A DNA stretch of 64,000 bases from Magallana gigas (taxonomy: Eukaryota): NCBI RefSeq assembly GCF_963853765.1, contig NC_088860.1:34906001-34970000 (forward strand), written 5' to 3'. The notes under the pieces were generated by a model. The model made no database searches. It was not told the DNA's origin and was given only the letters and a program-made list of their open reading frames with translations. Position 1 is the first letter of the stretch. Each line of letters starts with the position of its first letter. Of the stretch, positions 13,987-25,575 are shown in pieces. A program made the translations under genes and the position numbers.

Positions 13987-15111
13987 ATGTCACGAACAGT
14001 CCAACTTTTTATCATTGGACTTCTTTTAACAAGTCATATCGAGGCGCAAAGCAAACGGAAGTCTAAATCCAAGTTCAAGGCTCTACTTCCAGCTTTTGAG
14101 CCAACCAAGCCTAAAACAAACAGCATTGCTGAAAAACCTGCAAATACCGCCTCTGCATCGTCGGCATCAACTATTGAAGCAGTCGGGACCGTCGACTTGG
14201 GAAAGGCACCAGCAACAGAGCCTAAAGCTGCTCCAAAAGAAGTAGTTCCACAGGAACCTTATAAACAAAGTTCAAAGGAACCTTCTTCAAACCCAGTCGC
14301 TAAGAGTAACTCACCAGCACCATACAAACAAATCCCCTCAACGGTTAAAGAAAGCAAACCCGTGAAAAAGAACGTCAAAGCCTCGCCCTACAGTCTGTTT
14401 CTGACAGAAAAACCAAAAGAAACAAAGCCAAAATCTCTGGAAAAGAAACTTCAGCTTCCTTCACAAAATGAGAAAACGGTACCATCTGTACCAGCTTGGG
14501 ATTATGTTCCACCCAATCCACGTCAACACAGTTCTAACTTCTTTGGCCAAATGCCAACTCCCACAACGCCTGCGCCAACTACACCTCAACCACCAACACC
14601 TGCGCAGCAATCCCTCTTTGGTTTCCTTCATGGACGAAAACCTGCCACTCAAACCCAGCAAGTGCTCCCCTTCAATGTCCCCTCCATGCCCCCGTACCCT
14701 GGACTTCCAAACAACAACCCACAACTCAACAACGTGTACAGAATGATAGCCACGTGGTTGGTTTCCCACGCCATGAAAGGAGGCAACAATGCTGCTCAAC
14801 CCTCTGCTCCCGCAACCAACAACATTCCCCAGCAACAAAATATGCGCCGCCAAAACCAGCAACGGCCTAAAAACCAAAGACAGAAGAACACCCTTACGCC
14901 TCCTCCTGCAAAACCAGCGAGAAATCCACAGAAGCAACAGGCTCGTCCAAAGAAAACCAACAGAAAAGAGGAGGAGCGTTTACGTAAGATGAGAGAGAAG
15001 GCTTACCGAGAGTATATGGACGAGGTGTATGATATTGACGTTCCGGATAATGCTTTCGCTAACGGTGTACCGCCATATAACCAAGGTCCTCCTTTTGGAT
15101 TCCCATGGTGA
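13987..15111 (+). CDS. Orphan secreted low-complexity protein, 374 aa, single coding exon
   Basis: 1.1 kb ORF with a signal-peptide-like N-terminus (MSRTVQLFIIGLLLTSHIEA|QS). It is rich in K/P/S then P/T/Q/N and has no Cys. A splice acceptor lies upstream (ttttttcag, exon starts 13959). An intron follows the stop (gtaagt at 15130, acceptor ending 15246). No domain recognised. Confidence 0.85.
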   Translation: MSRTVQLFIIGLLLTSHIEAQSKRKSKSKFKALLPAFEPTKPKTNSIAEKPANTASASSASTIEAVGTVDLGKAPATEPKAAPKEVVPQEPYKQSSKEPSSNPVAKSNSPAPYKQIPSTVKESKPVKKNVKASPYSLFLTEKPKETKPKSLEKKLQLPSQNEKTVPSVPAWDYVPPNPRQHSSNFFGQMPTPTTPAPTTPQPPTPAQQSLFGFLHGRKPATQTQQVLPFNVPSMPPYPGLPNNNPQLNNVYRMIATWLVSHAMKGGNNAAQPSAPATNNIPQQQNMRRQNQQRPKNQRQKNTLTPPPAKPARNPQKQQARPKKTNRKEEERLRKMREKAYREYMDEVYDIDVPDNAFANGVPPYNQGPPFGFPW

Positions 15112-18100
15112 TCCATTCAAAACAAAAACGTAAGTACGTCGACGATGTTCTTTGAATTTCAAAATTTTGAAATTTTTTATTCGAGAAAAGAATTTAGAAT
15201 TAGTCATTTTAGTAACAACATTATTTATGTTTCTTCTTTTTTTCAGACTGATCGTGTAATTCCATTTGGATTGGAGAGACCTTGACTCGCCAATATAAGC
15301 TCACCGCTCTATTTATTGGGACTCGGGTGATTCTCTCGGATATGCCCAGAACAAGATTAAAAACTCGTTGGCGATGGCATTAACTCTGTTTCATTAAAGA
15401 ATGTTTTAGCTATAATAACAAAATAACAAGAATTCGTAATCATAGATAATGTGATGAATAATACAAGAATAGTGATATGTACTACATCTTTCTATCCAAA
15501 TTAATTTATTCATTGTTTGATATTTGATGATGGCTTCTTGAATCACAGATAAGTAATATTTTGTGCCCTTTAAACTCAGAACAAATAAATTTTTAAATGG
15601 ATTGCCCTGCCTGTATATACATATATATGTGTATGGTCAGGATCATATGACTTCGTGTGATTTTTTTTATGTACTTGATTCTGTATGCACATGTATATAT
15701 ATTAGAACGTTCCTAGATGTATATAGAATATTCAAATAAAATTCATAATTCATACGTGTATTTACTAGGCTGGTAATTACAGGTACATAATTTCAATGAC
15801 ATTAAAATATATTAATCATATTTAATAAATCCCACTGACTTTTTTCTATGACAACTTGTGACCTTTTCATTGGCCAATGTTTTTGAAAATCTTAATAAAT
15901 CATATTTATTCGCCTCTTTAGATTTTGGATGAATAAAAGTCCAAAATGAAAAACAATAAGATAACTAGCCTGAGTAAATGAAATGATTATATTCATTTAT
16001 CTTTAGTATGGCGTGTAATCTTAGTATTTTGAAAAAAATAAGCACACTTTATACACCAATATAATATTGTATGATTTATTCATCAATGCTAATTGAAACT
16101 TCGTTCCTTTACATAAAACCGAGCAGAGGACTTTCAAGATCTACTAAATGAGCTAGAACCATTATGACATCATAATTGATTTGAATAATCTTTTTCCTGT
16201 ACTTAACGAATTAGGTAGAAAATTAAACAATTTCTTGACATTCTATATTAAATCATGAGAAAAATAATCCCGATACCTGTATACAATTTGACATTATTTT
16301 AAAGAGGAGGTCAAAAGCTTTTTTACTTCCGTTTTGGGGGAGACTGTAGGCATTCTAGATATATTTTATTAGTCAGAAATGGACAAAACTCCGAAATTTG
16401 TTCCTCAATTCCTTCATATTTCTTTTGAAATTGACGGTTTAAAACATGATTTTTCATTGTGTTAACCTAAAATTTTAGCCCCGGTACACCCTATCAAACA
16501 AAGCTATTGGTATAAAGCATCATTAAAAGAATTTATATAAACTTTTTTAAAGAGTGCAAATAGTTCAAACCGACAGATGAAAATACATATTATATCAATT
16601 GGTCTTAAAAAAAAATAACGTAACAATTTAATGCACCTGAAATACTTGAAAAATTTTTATTTATGGAGCCAAATTTGACTGATATAATATTAAGTTTCTT
16701 TATGGTATCAAACAAAAATTTTTGTCGCTGGAAATAAAATGATGTCTGATCTTCATGACATAAATGTAAAAAATATCAATATTTATTCGGTATCTAAATA
16801 TTGATTGCACATGACAGTTGTGAAAATCATTCATTATTATATTAGCACGTATATTTAGCGGAAATAAATAACTAATGTATAAAATCTTTTTTTTTTATCG
16901 ATCACTGATATCGAAACTAGAAATAAGAAAACCATAGGTAGAGTTTAAATAAAGAATAAAATCACGAAAAAATAAACCAATGAAAAAAATAGTGTGTGGT
17001 TTGAATTTTGGAAAAAAGAGAAGAACCGAAAACAATCGCATCATGTACCATTATGACATATTTTTCTTCCCTATTTTTTTTTAATCCTTTTTCCCTTTAC
17101 AAAACGAAATTAATATGCCGTATACGGTATTGATTTGTCCGTTTTAAAGAATTTCCTTATTATGATTTTTAAATGTTTTAAAGTCTACACAAAAGAAGGG
17201 GTTTACCATTCGTGAGAAGTATTTTCATTTGATAAAAATACCCAATTAAATTCTTTTGAGAATGCAGTGGCATAAGAAGAAAAAAAATAATTTACTACTG
17301 CAATGTAGATAAATAGAGGACGTTGTTTGAAATAAAAATTGAAACTTAAAGCTAAAACCTTAATCTTTAAAAAAGCCAAAATTACGCTTGATATAGGTAT
17401 ATCGAATTCTCTATAAAAAAAAAAAAAGGCTTAAGTTACTTATTATGCGGGACAACTCTAACAAGATATACTAATTTTTCAGATCAAAAGTTACTTCTCC
17501 ATAGATATATAATTTGTTGACTTATTATTTAGTATCTGGTAAACCTAAAAGCCGTGAATGATTAGAGAATCTAAAACAGGAGATCTAATCATCGGGCGGA
17601 ATGTGTTACCATAGAACTGTTACCTAAACCTAAACACGATCATTTAGTATTCAAACATCATACGGGTAAAGAGACATGTTTATACATTTCACATGATGCA
17701 TTTAAAACACGAATTGTCAATTGAAAATATAAAGTTTTCAAAAAGAATTATTATTGTCCTTGAAAAGATCTATAGGCTTCATTTACTCTTCGACTTTCGA
17801 TAAAATTTCATTTGCAGCTAGAATTTTAAAGAACATAAAACTAAGCGTTTGTAAATATAGCTCTGTTTGTGCACTCTTATGCTAAAAAACATTGTTTACG
17901 TTATTTACCAAATCACTGTTTTGTCAACTCTTTTGATGGTTGTTCTGACTGTTTGCTTTCCCACGACTATTTATGTTAAAACACAATTTAAAACTCAGAA
18001 ATATAACTTGCATCTTTGTATGTGTACATGTTTCTATAAATATATATTTTCAATCAATAAATCAGTTTCAGTTAATTTTTCCAATTTTCGAATCTCAATA

Positions 18101-19167
18101 CTGAAGGATGGTGGAAATTCAACAACTAATCAGAACTACATTTTAAAATAAACCATATACTAGGATCATATGGGAACGAAAAATCCAAATACGGGTATTT
18201 TAGCCTTAGAATTCCAATACATCTTATACAAAGTTCTTCTCAGATAGATTGATAGTCTTAAAAAAGAGATTAATAGTTTTGAAACGGCCACATCCATCTA
18301 GCCCCCTTGAGCGCCCACCCCACCCCCTTCTGAGGCCCCATGAGGAGATTGATTGAATACACAATGTGCTGTCATTAGTCTGGTCTGTGGTTTTTATTTA
18401 TCAGTAACCTTGACCTCTGTGTACACATCAAACAGTTTCTCTCAATGACCGTGGAGATACTTAGAAAGTCACCAAACAAAAGGACATGCCACGTGTCGGC
18501 TTATAAAAGACAGTAGCAAATCAAGAGGGGTGATGAATATCATATTTTGCTAAGAGTTTTTAAGTGTTCTCTGAAAAGGTTAATTTTTATAAATATATAC
18601 AACTCGGAAGTGAAAAAATATTTATGAGCCCACTTCATATTATGTACTGTGCATTGTGTAAATGGTTCTATAATCGACAAGGGAGAAACAAAAGTCAAAT
18701 TACCCTTACTTTCATTGCGACCGAAAAGTATCTCAGGAGGACTACATGTATTAATGCAGAATGAATAATTATATTAAATAGATATTAAAGAAATTAAGGA
18801 TTAAAAATTTATTTTGATTAAATGCCCTAAATTAGGATAAAGATTCATTAATAGTGTAACTGCTCTTATGTAGACAATTCTGGAAGTTTTGTGGGTACGT
18901 TTTTAAATCCGGAACCCCGGTCTGTGTATGACCGTGGATACATTTGTTTGCAATGGTATTTAATTCTGACTCATTCTAAAATGGACTTTTGAAATAATTT
19001 TGACCGCTTTATGAAATTTAAACTGCACAATCATTGCTTTGCTTTATGACAAATTGTGTTCTAAAAGCTTTTGTTGACATTGAAGATTATTAGCAGTTTT
19101 CGAAACAGGAAGATTCGGTTCCCAAGAAAAAAGAAAGATTACAACCATTCAACAAACGTGCATGCAT

Positions 19168-19170
<3 letters not shown>

Positions 19171-19210
<40 letters not shown>
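19171..19210. repeat. (CT)n microsatellite
   Basis: Read directly. Confidence 0.95.
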
Positions 19211-19212
<2 letters not shown>

Positions 19213-20937
19213 GAGTATTAGTATTAGTTGGTAATTATAAAATGATATTAAAATAAATCAATAGTTTAAATTTGTATTTATACAGATGGATTCGAACTTG
19301 ATTGTTATCATTTCATGGGTATATTATGTCTTTTCAACAACCTTGCTATTTTAATACTCGTCCGCTTTTCAACAGAGGCACGTCGGTGCCATTTAATCAT
19401 TCTGCACTGATCTTGTCAACCGATGCTTGAAAAATCTAGAGGTCTGAGGGAAATCCCCTCATCGTTTGTATTTAAATTCTCAAATTTGTACACCTGAAAA
19501 TATACCCCAAAGTTCACCTATTTAACGACAAAAGGTACACATATACAGTTTAAACTGCGTCGTTTTAATATAAAGCAATATGCATGTCGCTAGAATTCAA
19601 TGATTATAGGAGTAGTTTACAATGCCCCGGGCAGAAAAATCAATCAATCAATCAAGATGAAAATCAATAAAACAATGATCCCCGTTTGCTGCTTCGGTTT
19701 ATCTTACTCTCTCTTTGGGCAGGCACGTAGCATCTTTTGAAAGTGAGATGGGCCAGACCAGTCCTAAAATTGTTGACCAAAAAACCGCAACCCAAGATAA
19801 ACCTAACCCGCGCGCGTGTGTGTGTGTTTTTTTTTTTTGGGGGGGGGGTTGTGTAGTATACCTATAAATAAAGTTTCACTGTTATTTTCCCATTCAATTT
19901 TTTACATTCCTCCGAAAAAAGGGGGTGTAAATTTAGAACAAATGTTTCCTGCGAAAAAAAGTGATGTTATGTGCCTGTAGGACAACTTACAAAAAGAATC
20001 AACAAAGATAAGATTTCAAAAAAGAATCAAAAATATAGTTCACATTATTTAATATAATAACAATATAGCAACAATTAGATACAAAAACTGAACATAATAT
20101 GAATGCGTTATTTGTATAACTAGGCCATTTCGATTGTATCATATTGCTTTTGAGATCATTCTTAACAGAGAATAAATTGAGCATTGATTTTGCATGCAAC
20201 CATCGCGCTGACGTTTCAATGTGAAACGTTTGACTAGTTTGCTACCATTTTAAGCGATGTTGTTCTCGTTTTAAAAAATATGATGAAAAACTGTACTTAA
20301 AATGTTCGTGAAAACAGAATTGAGGATCCTTATTGAATTTAAGAAGCTTTGTAATGGACAAAGAAAAAGACAAGTTAGTCTTGAACATAAACAAAACAAA
20401 ACAAACAAACAAACAAACATAAAAAACAACAGAGGGAACATACCTGTACTCTGTCATGAAAACAAATACATGTATTAATGACTCTATAAAGAGGTATGTT
20501 ATAATTATAACAATTTTGAATTTTCTCTACTATAATGCGATTGATGAAAAATATACACTTGCATAATCGTCAAATAGCAGACGATAATACAAAATGATGT
20601 GATTATATCTTTGTCTGTATCAGACATACGGGGGATGGTGTTTAGGGCCCATTTTGAGGATCCCAAGTTTTTGGCACAAAGAATGCAAAACAGGAGTAGA
20701 TCTTCTGATAAAAGTATCACAGATGTGTCGTTTCACATAACAAACATTCGTTTAAAATACGAATATTGCAATGCCTTGTTTAACAACTAGACATAAACCG
20801 GAACGTTTCTACGCTTGCTAGTCTCTGAAGCGGCACCGGTCAAAGAGAGTTCCGAACGTACTCTCCGTGGCAGAGTATGCCTATCTGTCGTATTTAGACA
20901 GCTACAGATCTGTACCGATCCATATTGTTCATTTTTT

Positions 20938-22245
20938 TCACAGCTTGAAGACGCCAAAAAAGTTCTCGTTTTTGTATCTTTCGTCATACTGAATTTTTCC
21001 GGTATCCGACATTTTGACCCGAAGTTCCTCCCCTTGGTTCAAATATACCACTCTCTGCAGGAAGCTACTGTGGACGGAGGCTTTATTGGTGCACTGAATG
21101 GACGCGGATTGCACGGTGGTGTAACGATTAGACAACCCTTTACCCTTTTCAATAATGTGCTTAGTGTCCTTCAATTTCAATGCCATTACATGTTCTATGG
21201 GGATTGATGGGTTGTACTTGAACGTAATACGGCTGTAAACGTAATAATACCCGTTGGAGGGGATAATGATCGTCCCTCTCTCCTTTGAGAACTTTAATCC
21301 GCTATTTTGGGGAGAGGAGCTGTCTTTGTCCTTTACCCAGTCTTTGAGGAAGCAATGAGAACCATCTGTGCAAAAGAAGAAAAAAAATCTATAAGATTTG
21401 ATACGTTCCATTTTGTGTCCTTTTTCAGAAACGGTCGCCAAGAAAAGAAAAGTGGTTGATACAGTTTATTCTAACAAATAAATACAATGCTCTACTAACC
21501 TGATTGGGGAGAGCCATCGGTAAGATGTAAAACATCTGCAAATTAAAAGAAAAAAAGAAATATCATAACCATCGTTTCTTGCTATACAAGTAAAAATGTT
21601 CATAATGGAATAAATTTATTTCATTTTATTACAAAAAGTTCATCAATGAACAAGAAAAAAGTATTTTCCCCAGTTAAACTTGATTCAAAATTTACCATTG
21701 TATTCCCTTGGTTTCAGATATTTAGCGATGGAATCCACCATGTCTTCGAGAGAACACATTTCGTCTGTATCATATTGGGTAGCGTTTAGTTTGTACGTAA
21801 GGACAGAACACCGGATCTTGGCCTCTTGGACTGTAGGAAGCTCCGTGATCGCGGACAGGGCTGCGGTCTTTCCGGGCGCCGGAACATTATCACCTACTTT
21901 TGGAGACGACTTTGACCGGAAGTTGTCCAAAATCGTATCGTTGTCTGACAACCGGACGAAGAAGACAGCGAAGAAGCCGCAGACGAGAAGGATGATGATG
22001 ACGTTGACAACACAGAGAACACAAAAGTAGATTTTCAGCTTGGTGTAAGATTTGTAAAGGTCCTCCAGTTTCTGCTGGTTTGCGCATAGCTGGATATTGG
22101 AGACACAACTCGGCGCTCGATGCATTCTTCCGAGGAGTTCAGCGGAACTGTCTTCGGTGGATACTGTTTCTCCTGACCCTTCGCTGGAAATTGAGAACTC
22201 TAGTCTCTTCCTTCGCACTTCGCCTTCGATCGGTGGTAGATTCAT
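20938..22245 (-). CDS. TNF superfamily ligand A, type II membrane protein, about 337 aa
   Basis: Coding exons 22245-21696, 21535-21500 and 21365-20938 (550+36+428 nt, phases 1,1). TM segment IYFCVLCVVNVIIILLVCGFFAVFFV. C-terminal TNF homology domain motifs: VLHLT, DW, GYYYVYSRITF, LNQGEELRV, NFFGVFKL. A 5'UTR acceptor at 22462-22463 implies a non-coding upstream exon. Confidence 0.9.
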
Positions 22246-24094
22246 TTTTTCAAGTGCGATATGACACAGGATTTCCTGTCGATTGCGGTAGTGAAATTGT
22301 GGTTATTTTTGTAAAAAGAGTCGGTCTGGATGGGAAAGATTTAAATAGCTCAATGACGTATTTGAAAACCCCTCTTAGCAACAATTGACCACATTGAGAG
22401 ATTTAATCGGATGTACTGTTCCGGTACACAAAATCCTTCGGCCGTGAAAAGGTTGAGTCACCTGAAAGAAAAGAGAAACCTTGAATACATTCTGCTTCCT
22501 AGAGATTTTTTAAAATCCCACATCAGCACTTTCTTTTTTAAAGTGTCCAATTAGAATTCGATATCGATCGTTCTCTAAAGAGGACCGGGTGTACAACGAG
22601 TACTGTTGAAATGCGTACACTGGTTGACTGTCCCAAACGCACTGATAAAATCACTTTCAATACACTACTAATGAAATTTGACCCCTGTTGCTATATGGCG
22701 TATATATACGTATGTACATACAGACATTAAATATGGCAGTTGGCTTACTGCGCTTCGCTAACGAAATATTTACCAGCGTGCGTTGATAACGCATCAAAAA
22801 TGTGAATTAAACAAAAATATTTTTAAAAACTTATTTAACAATAATGAATTACATTGATAAAACTGCCTTACCCCCATAAATTGAGAGAGGGTCGACCAGA
22901 CTCAGGGTTGTTTCGTTTCTGTTTCAGAGAAGACACTCTGTACGTACACTTCTTTATGTGTTTTCTTAAAGTGGTTTTTTTTAAAGCGCCAGAAATAGGT
23001 CAGGGCCTCCACAGCAGATTGGTTTATTTTCGTACGACAAAAAGATCTATCTGCATGTGCGCAGTGGTTTATTAGTAGTCGATGCTAACCTTATATCTCA
23101 TTTTATTTTCATTTCATTTTCGATGAAATTTTCTCACTTGGAAAAAAAAATATAATAACTGCCTTATCAAAAGCTGCCTATTCCACAGAATATATTGTTC
23201 TATGTTATATTTAGCTAGTTTTCGGCATGCGCATGTTCTAAAACAGTAGGAAGTTTTATCTATTTGATACATGCTCAAGATCATATCTGCCCTAGATCTT
23301 AAGTAGGTAGAATTATAGGAATTTCCATGAGTTTACATATCAAAACTAAATTAATGTTGTTTTTTATACAAAAAAAATATGATAGAAGAATAGGATGAAG
23401 ACGATTTCGGAAAAACGGAAAGTTTGGAATATTTATATAGCAAATAATTGTACTTACTTTCTAATTAATTAAAAGTGGTTTATTTGTCTTGCATACATGA
23501 AGTTCATTCGAATTTCACATGAATAATATTTTTAATACAAACGAACAATGACTGAAATATCGTTTGATTTGACTCTGTGATTTGTTTATTCATTTTCCCC
23601 CTTGCAAATAAATAGATGTTGAGAGCATACATTGTGTGCGGAAAACGGAAAAGTTTGCTAATTAGCAGACTATAAAGAGGAAAGAGCAATTATACAAGAC
23701 ATACCGTATCATCGTCGGAAAACCTCGTTTTATTTTTCTTATCCTCATTCAAGCTCTATTGCGATTAGCTCCTTTACTTTTTCGTGAAGGAAATCTCAAT
23801 CACCAATGGGTTCGACGCTTAATTATGCATGCTTCTACTCAACTGAATGTATCCAAGACATATTCTTCGGTTTCATACCTAGTAACTTTGTTTTTTAATT
23901 GAAAATATTAAAATTAATTATAATATTCGAGGAAACTAGGAAAAATCAACGTATTGGTAGCAAGAGTGTTTAACAAATAACTCATCAATCCTATCTTTTA
24001 CATACAATATTTAAGCTTTAAACGAAATTATTTAGTAAAGAAATTCCATATGTATAAGATTAAAATTTTATATATTTTCCTATGTCGTATCAAA

Positions 24095-24301
24095 TACTGT
24101 GGTTTAATTAATTTTCGTGGGTATCAATTTTAGTGGATGTAATGAAAATTACAGTTTCAAGGGTAAATTCGAGGTCCATGATCCTATCAATATAAAATGT
24201 TAGTATAATTTGCACTTCAATGAACATTTAATTTCGTGGATCAACTTAACAACGAAATCCACGAAAATTGGTATTCAACGAATATTGATGAAACCACAGT
24301 A
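24095..24301. mobile_element. TA-flanked MITE (TACTGT...ACAGTA family)
   Basis: TACTGTGGTTT...AAACCACAGTA termini, with internal TTTTCGTGG/CCACGAAAA motifs. Confidence 0.75.
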
Positions 24302-24449
24302 TCATATATTTCTATTACTGAGCTCTTCTCAAGGATATTACTGTATATATATTTGTCTAAAAAACCGACCATCCAGCTGTTCTGAAATGTTCATAGACAA
24401 CTTATTTGAAAAAATAAACCTAAGGCAACCACCGTCCCACTAAACCAAA

Positions 24450-24680
24450 TACTGTGGAATCATTAGATTTCGTGGTGGCTCAATTTTCGTGGAATTCGTG
24501 GGTACTTCTCATTCACAAATTAACATCCCCCCCCCCCCCCCCGAATTAATAAATTAGAGCTATAAAGTCATATTCCTCTTGCATGTATACGAAAATACAC
24601 GAAATTACGCCCCCACGAACCTGTAAAATTTAAGCAATCCACGAAAATTGGCCCCCACGAATTTTAATGATTTCACAGTA
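24450..24680. mobile_element. TA-flanked MITE, related family
   Basis: TACTGTGGAATCATT...AATGATTTCACAGTA termini, with the same internal motifs. Confidence 0.75.
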
Positions 24681-25347
24681 ATAACAACAATACCCCCACA
24701 ACTGTTTGGGTTAAGGACAATTCCGTGACCTTTCAATAGTGTTCAGTATCCAGATCACATATTGTTTGTTTTATAATTGATAATAGTAGGTCAATCGATC
24801 ACGTTATCATTTTTTTTCAAGCTTTATCAGGAAACTTATCAAGTGTAGAGACTGATAATATCGCTCTCTCTTTCTCTAGGGCACCCTTGACATCAATCGT
24901 CCTACTCCTTACAGCTTCCTATTACAATTCGTGAAGGGAAAAGTAGTTCCGGTTAAACTACGTCTCAGATTTTTTGAAAGCCAATTATTGAATGTAAATT
25001 TTTACACCTCCAAAAAAGCTAGAAATCTATTCGTACACACATTGTAGTGTCATTTGATCAAAATGGGTGGTGGGGGTGTTATTACTTAGAAAGATGTTAA
25101 AAATAAAGCCATCTAAATGGTAATTATTAAGTTTCGATGACATTCCTCCCGGAAGTTAGTATAATAATCGCGACAACATTGAGTTCCGGTTGTCAATGGT
25201 TGAACTTACTGCCTACATGTACATGAAAACTAGGACGCTGAAATGTTCTCAAAGGAGTCCGAGAGATATTTTTATTTGCTATTTCCTGTAACTTTTTAAA
25301 TTTAAATTTATTAAGTTAAATAAGTTTGAATCATTCGACCCCTCCCC

Positions 25348-25448
25348 CCTGCATACCTTCATAATTAACATAAATTCTGTGCGCGGATCAAGGGACCCCC
25401 CTTGATCCGCGCACAGAATGTATGTTTTAAATTATGAAGGTATGCAGG
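25348..25448. repeat. About 100 bp palindrome downstream of TNF-B
   Basis: CCTGCATACCTTCATAATT...CTGTGCGCGGATCAAGGG-ACCC-CCCTTGATCCGCGCACAG...AATTATGAAGGTATGCAGG. Confidence 0.9.
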
Positions 25449-25575
25449 AAACATTGATTATTACACCGTATGTAAATAATTTCTGTTTATTTTTATATTT
25501 GTAAACAACATAAACATATACATATACATAATGACAAATAAAAAACAATAAAAAAAAAAGTTTTGAGATCAAGAA

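Noticed and set aside
14461-14937. 158 aa minus-strand ORF, plus the + strand alternative-frame ORFs inside the orphan gene
   Set aside because: These are shadows of a low-complexity CDS with few stops in other frames. There is no independent support.
20815-22388. Plus-strand ORFs of 130, 116 and 102 aa antisense to TNF-A
   Set aside because: They overlap real exons on the other strand and contain no recognisable motif.
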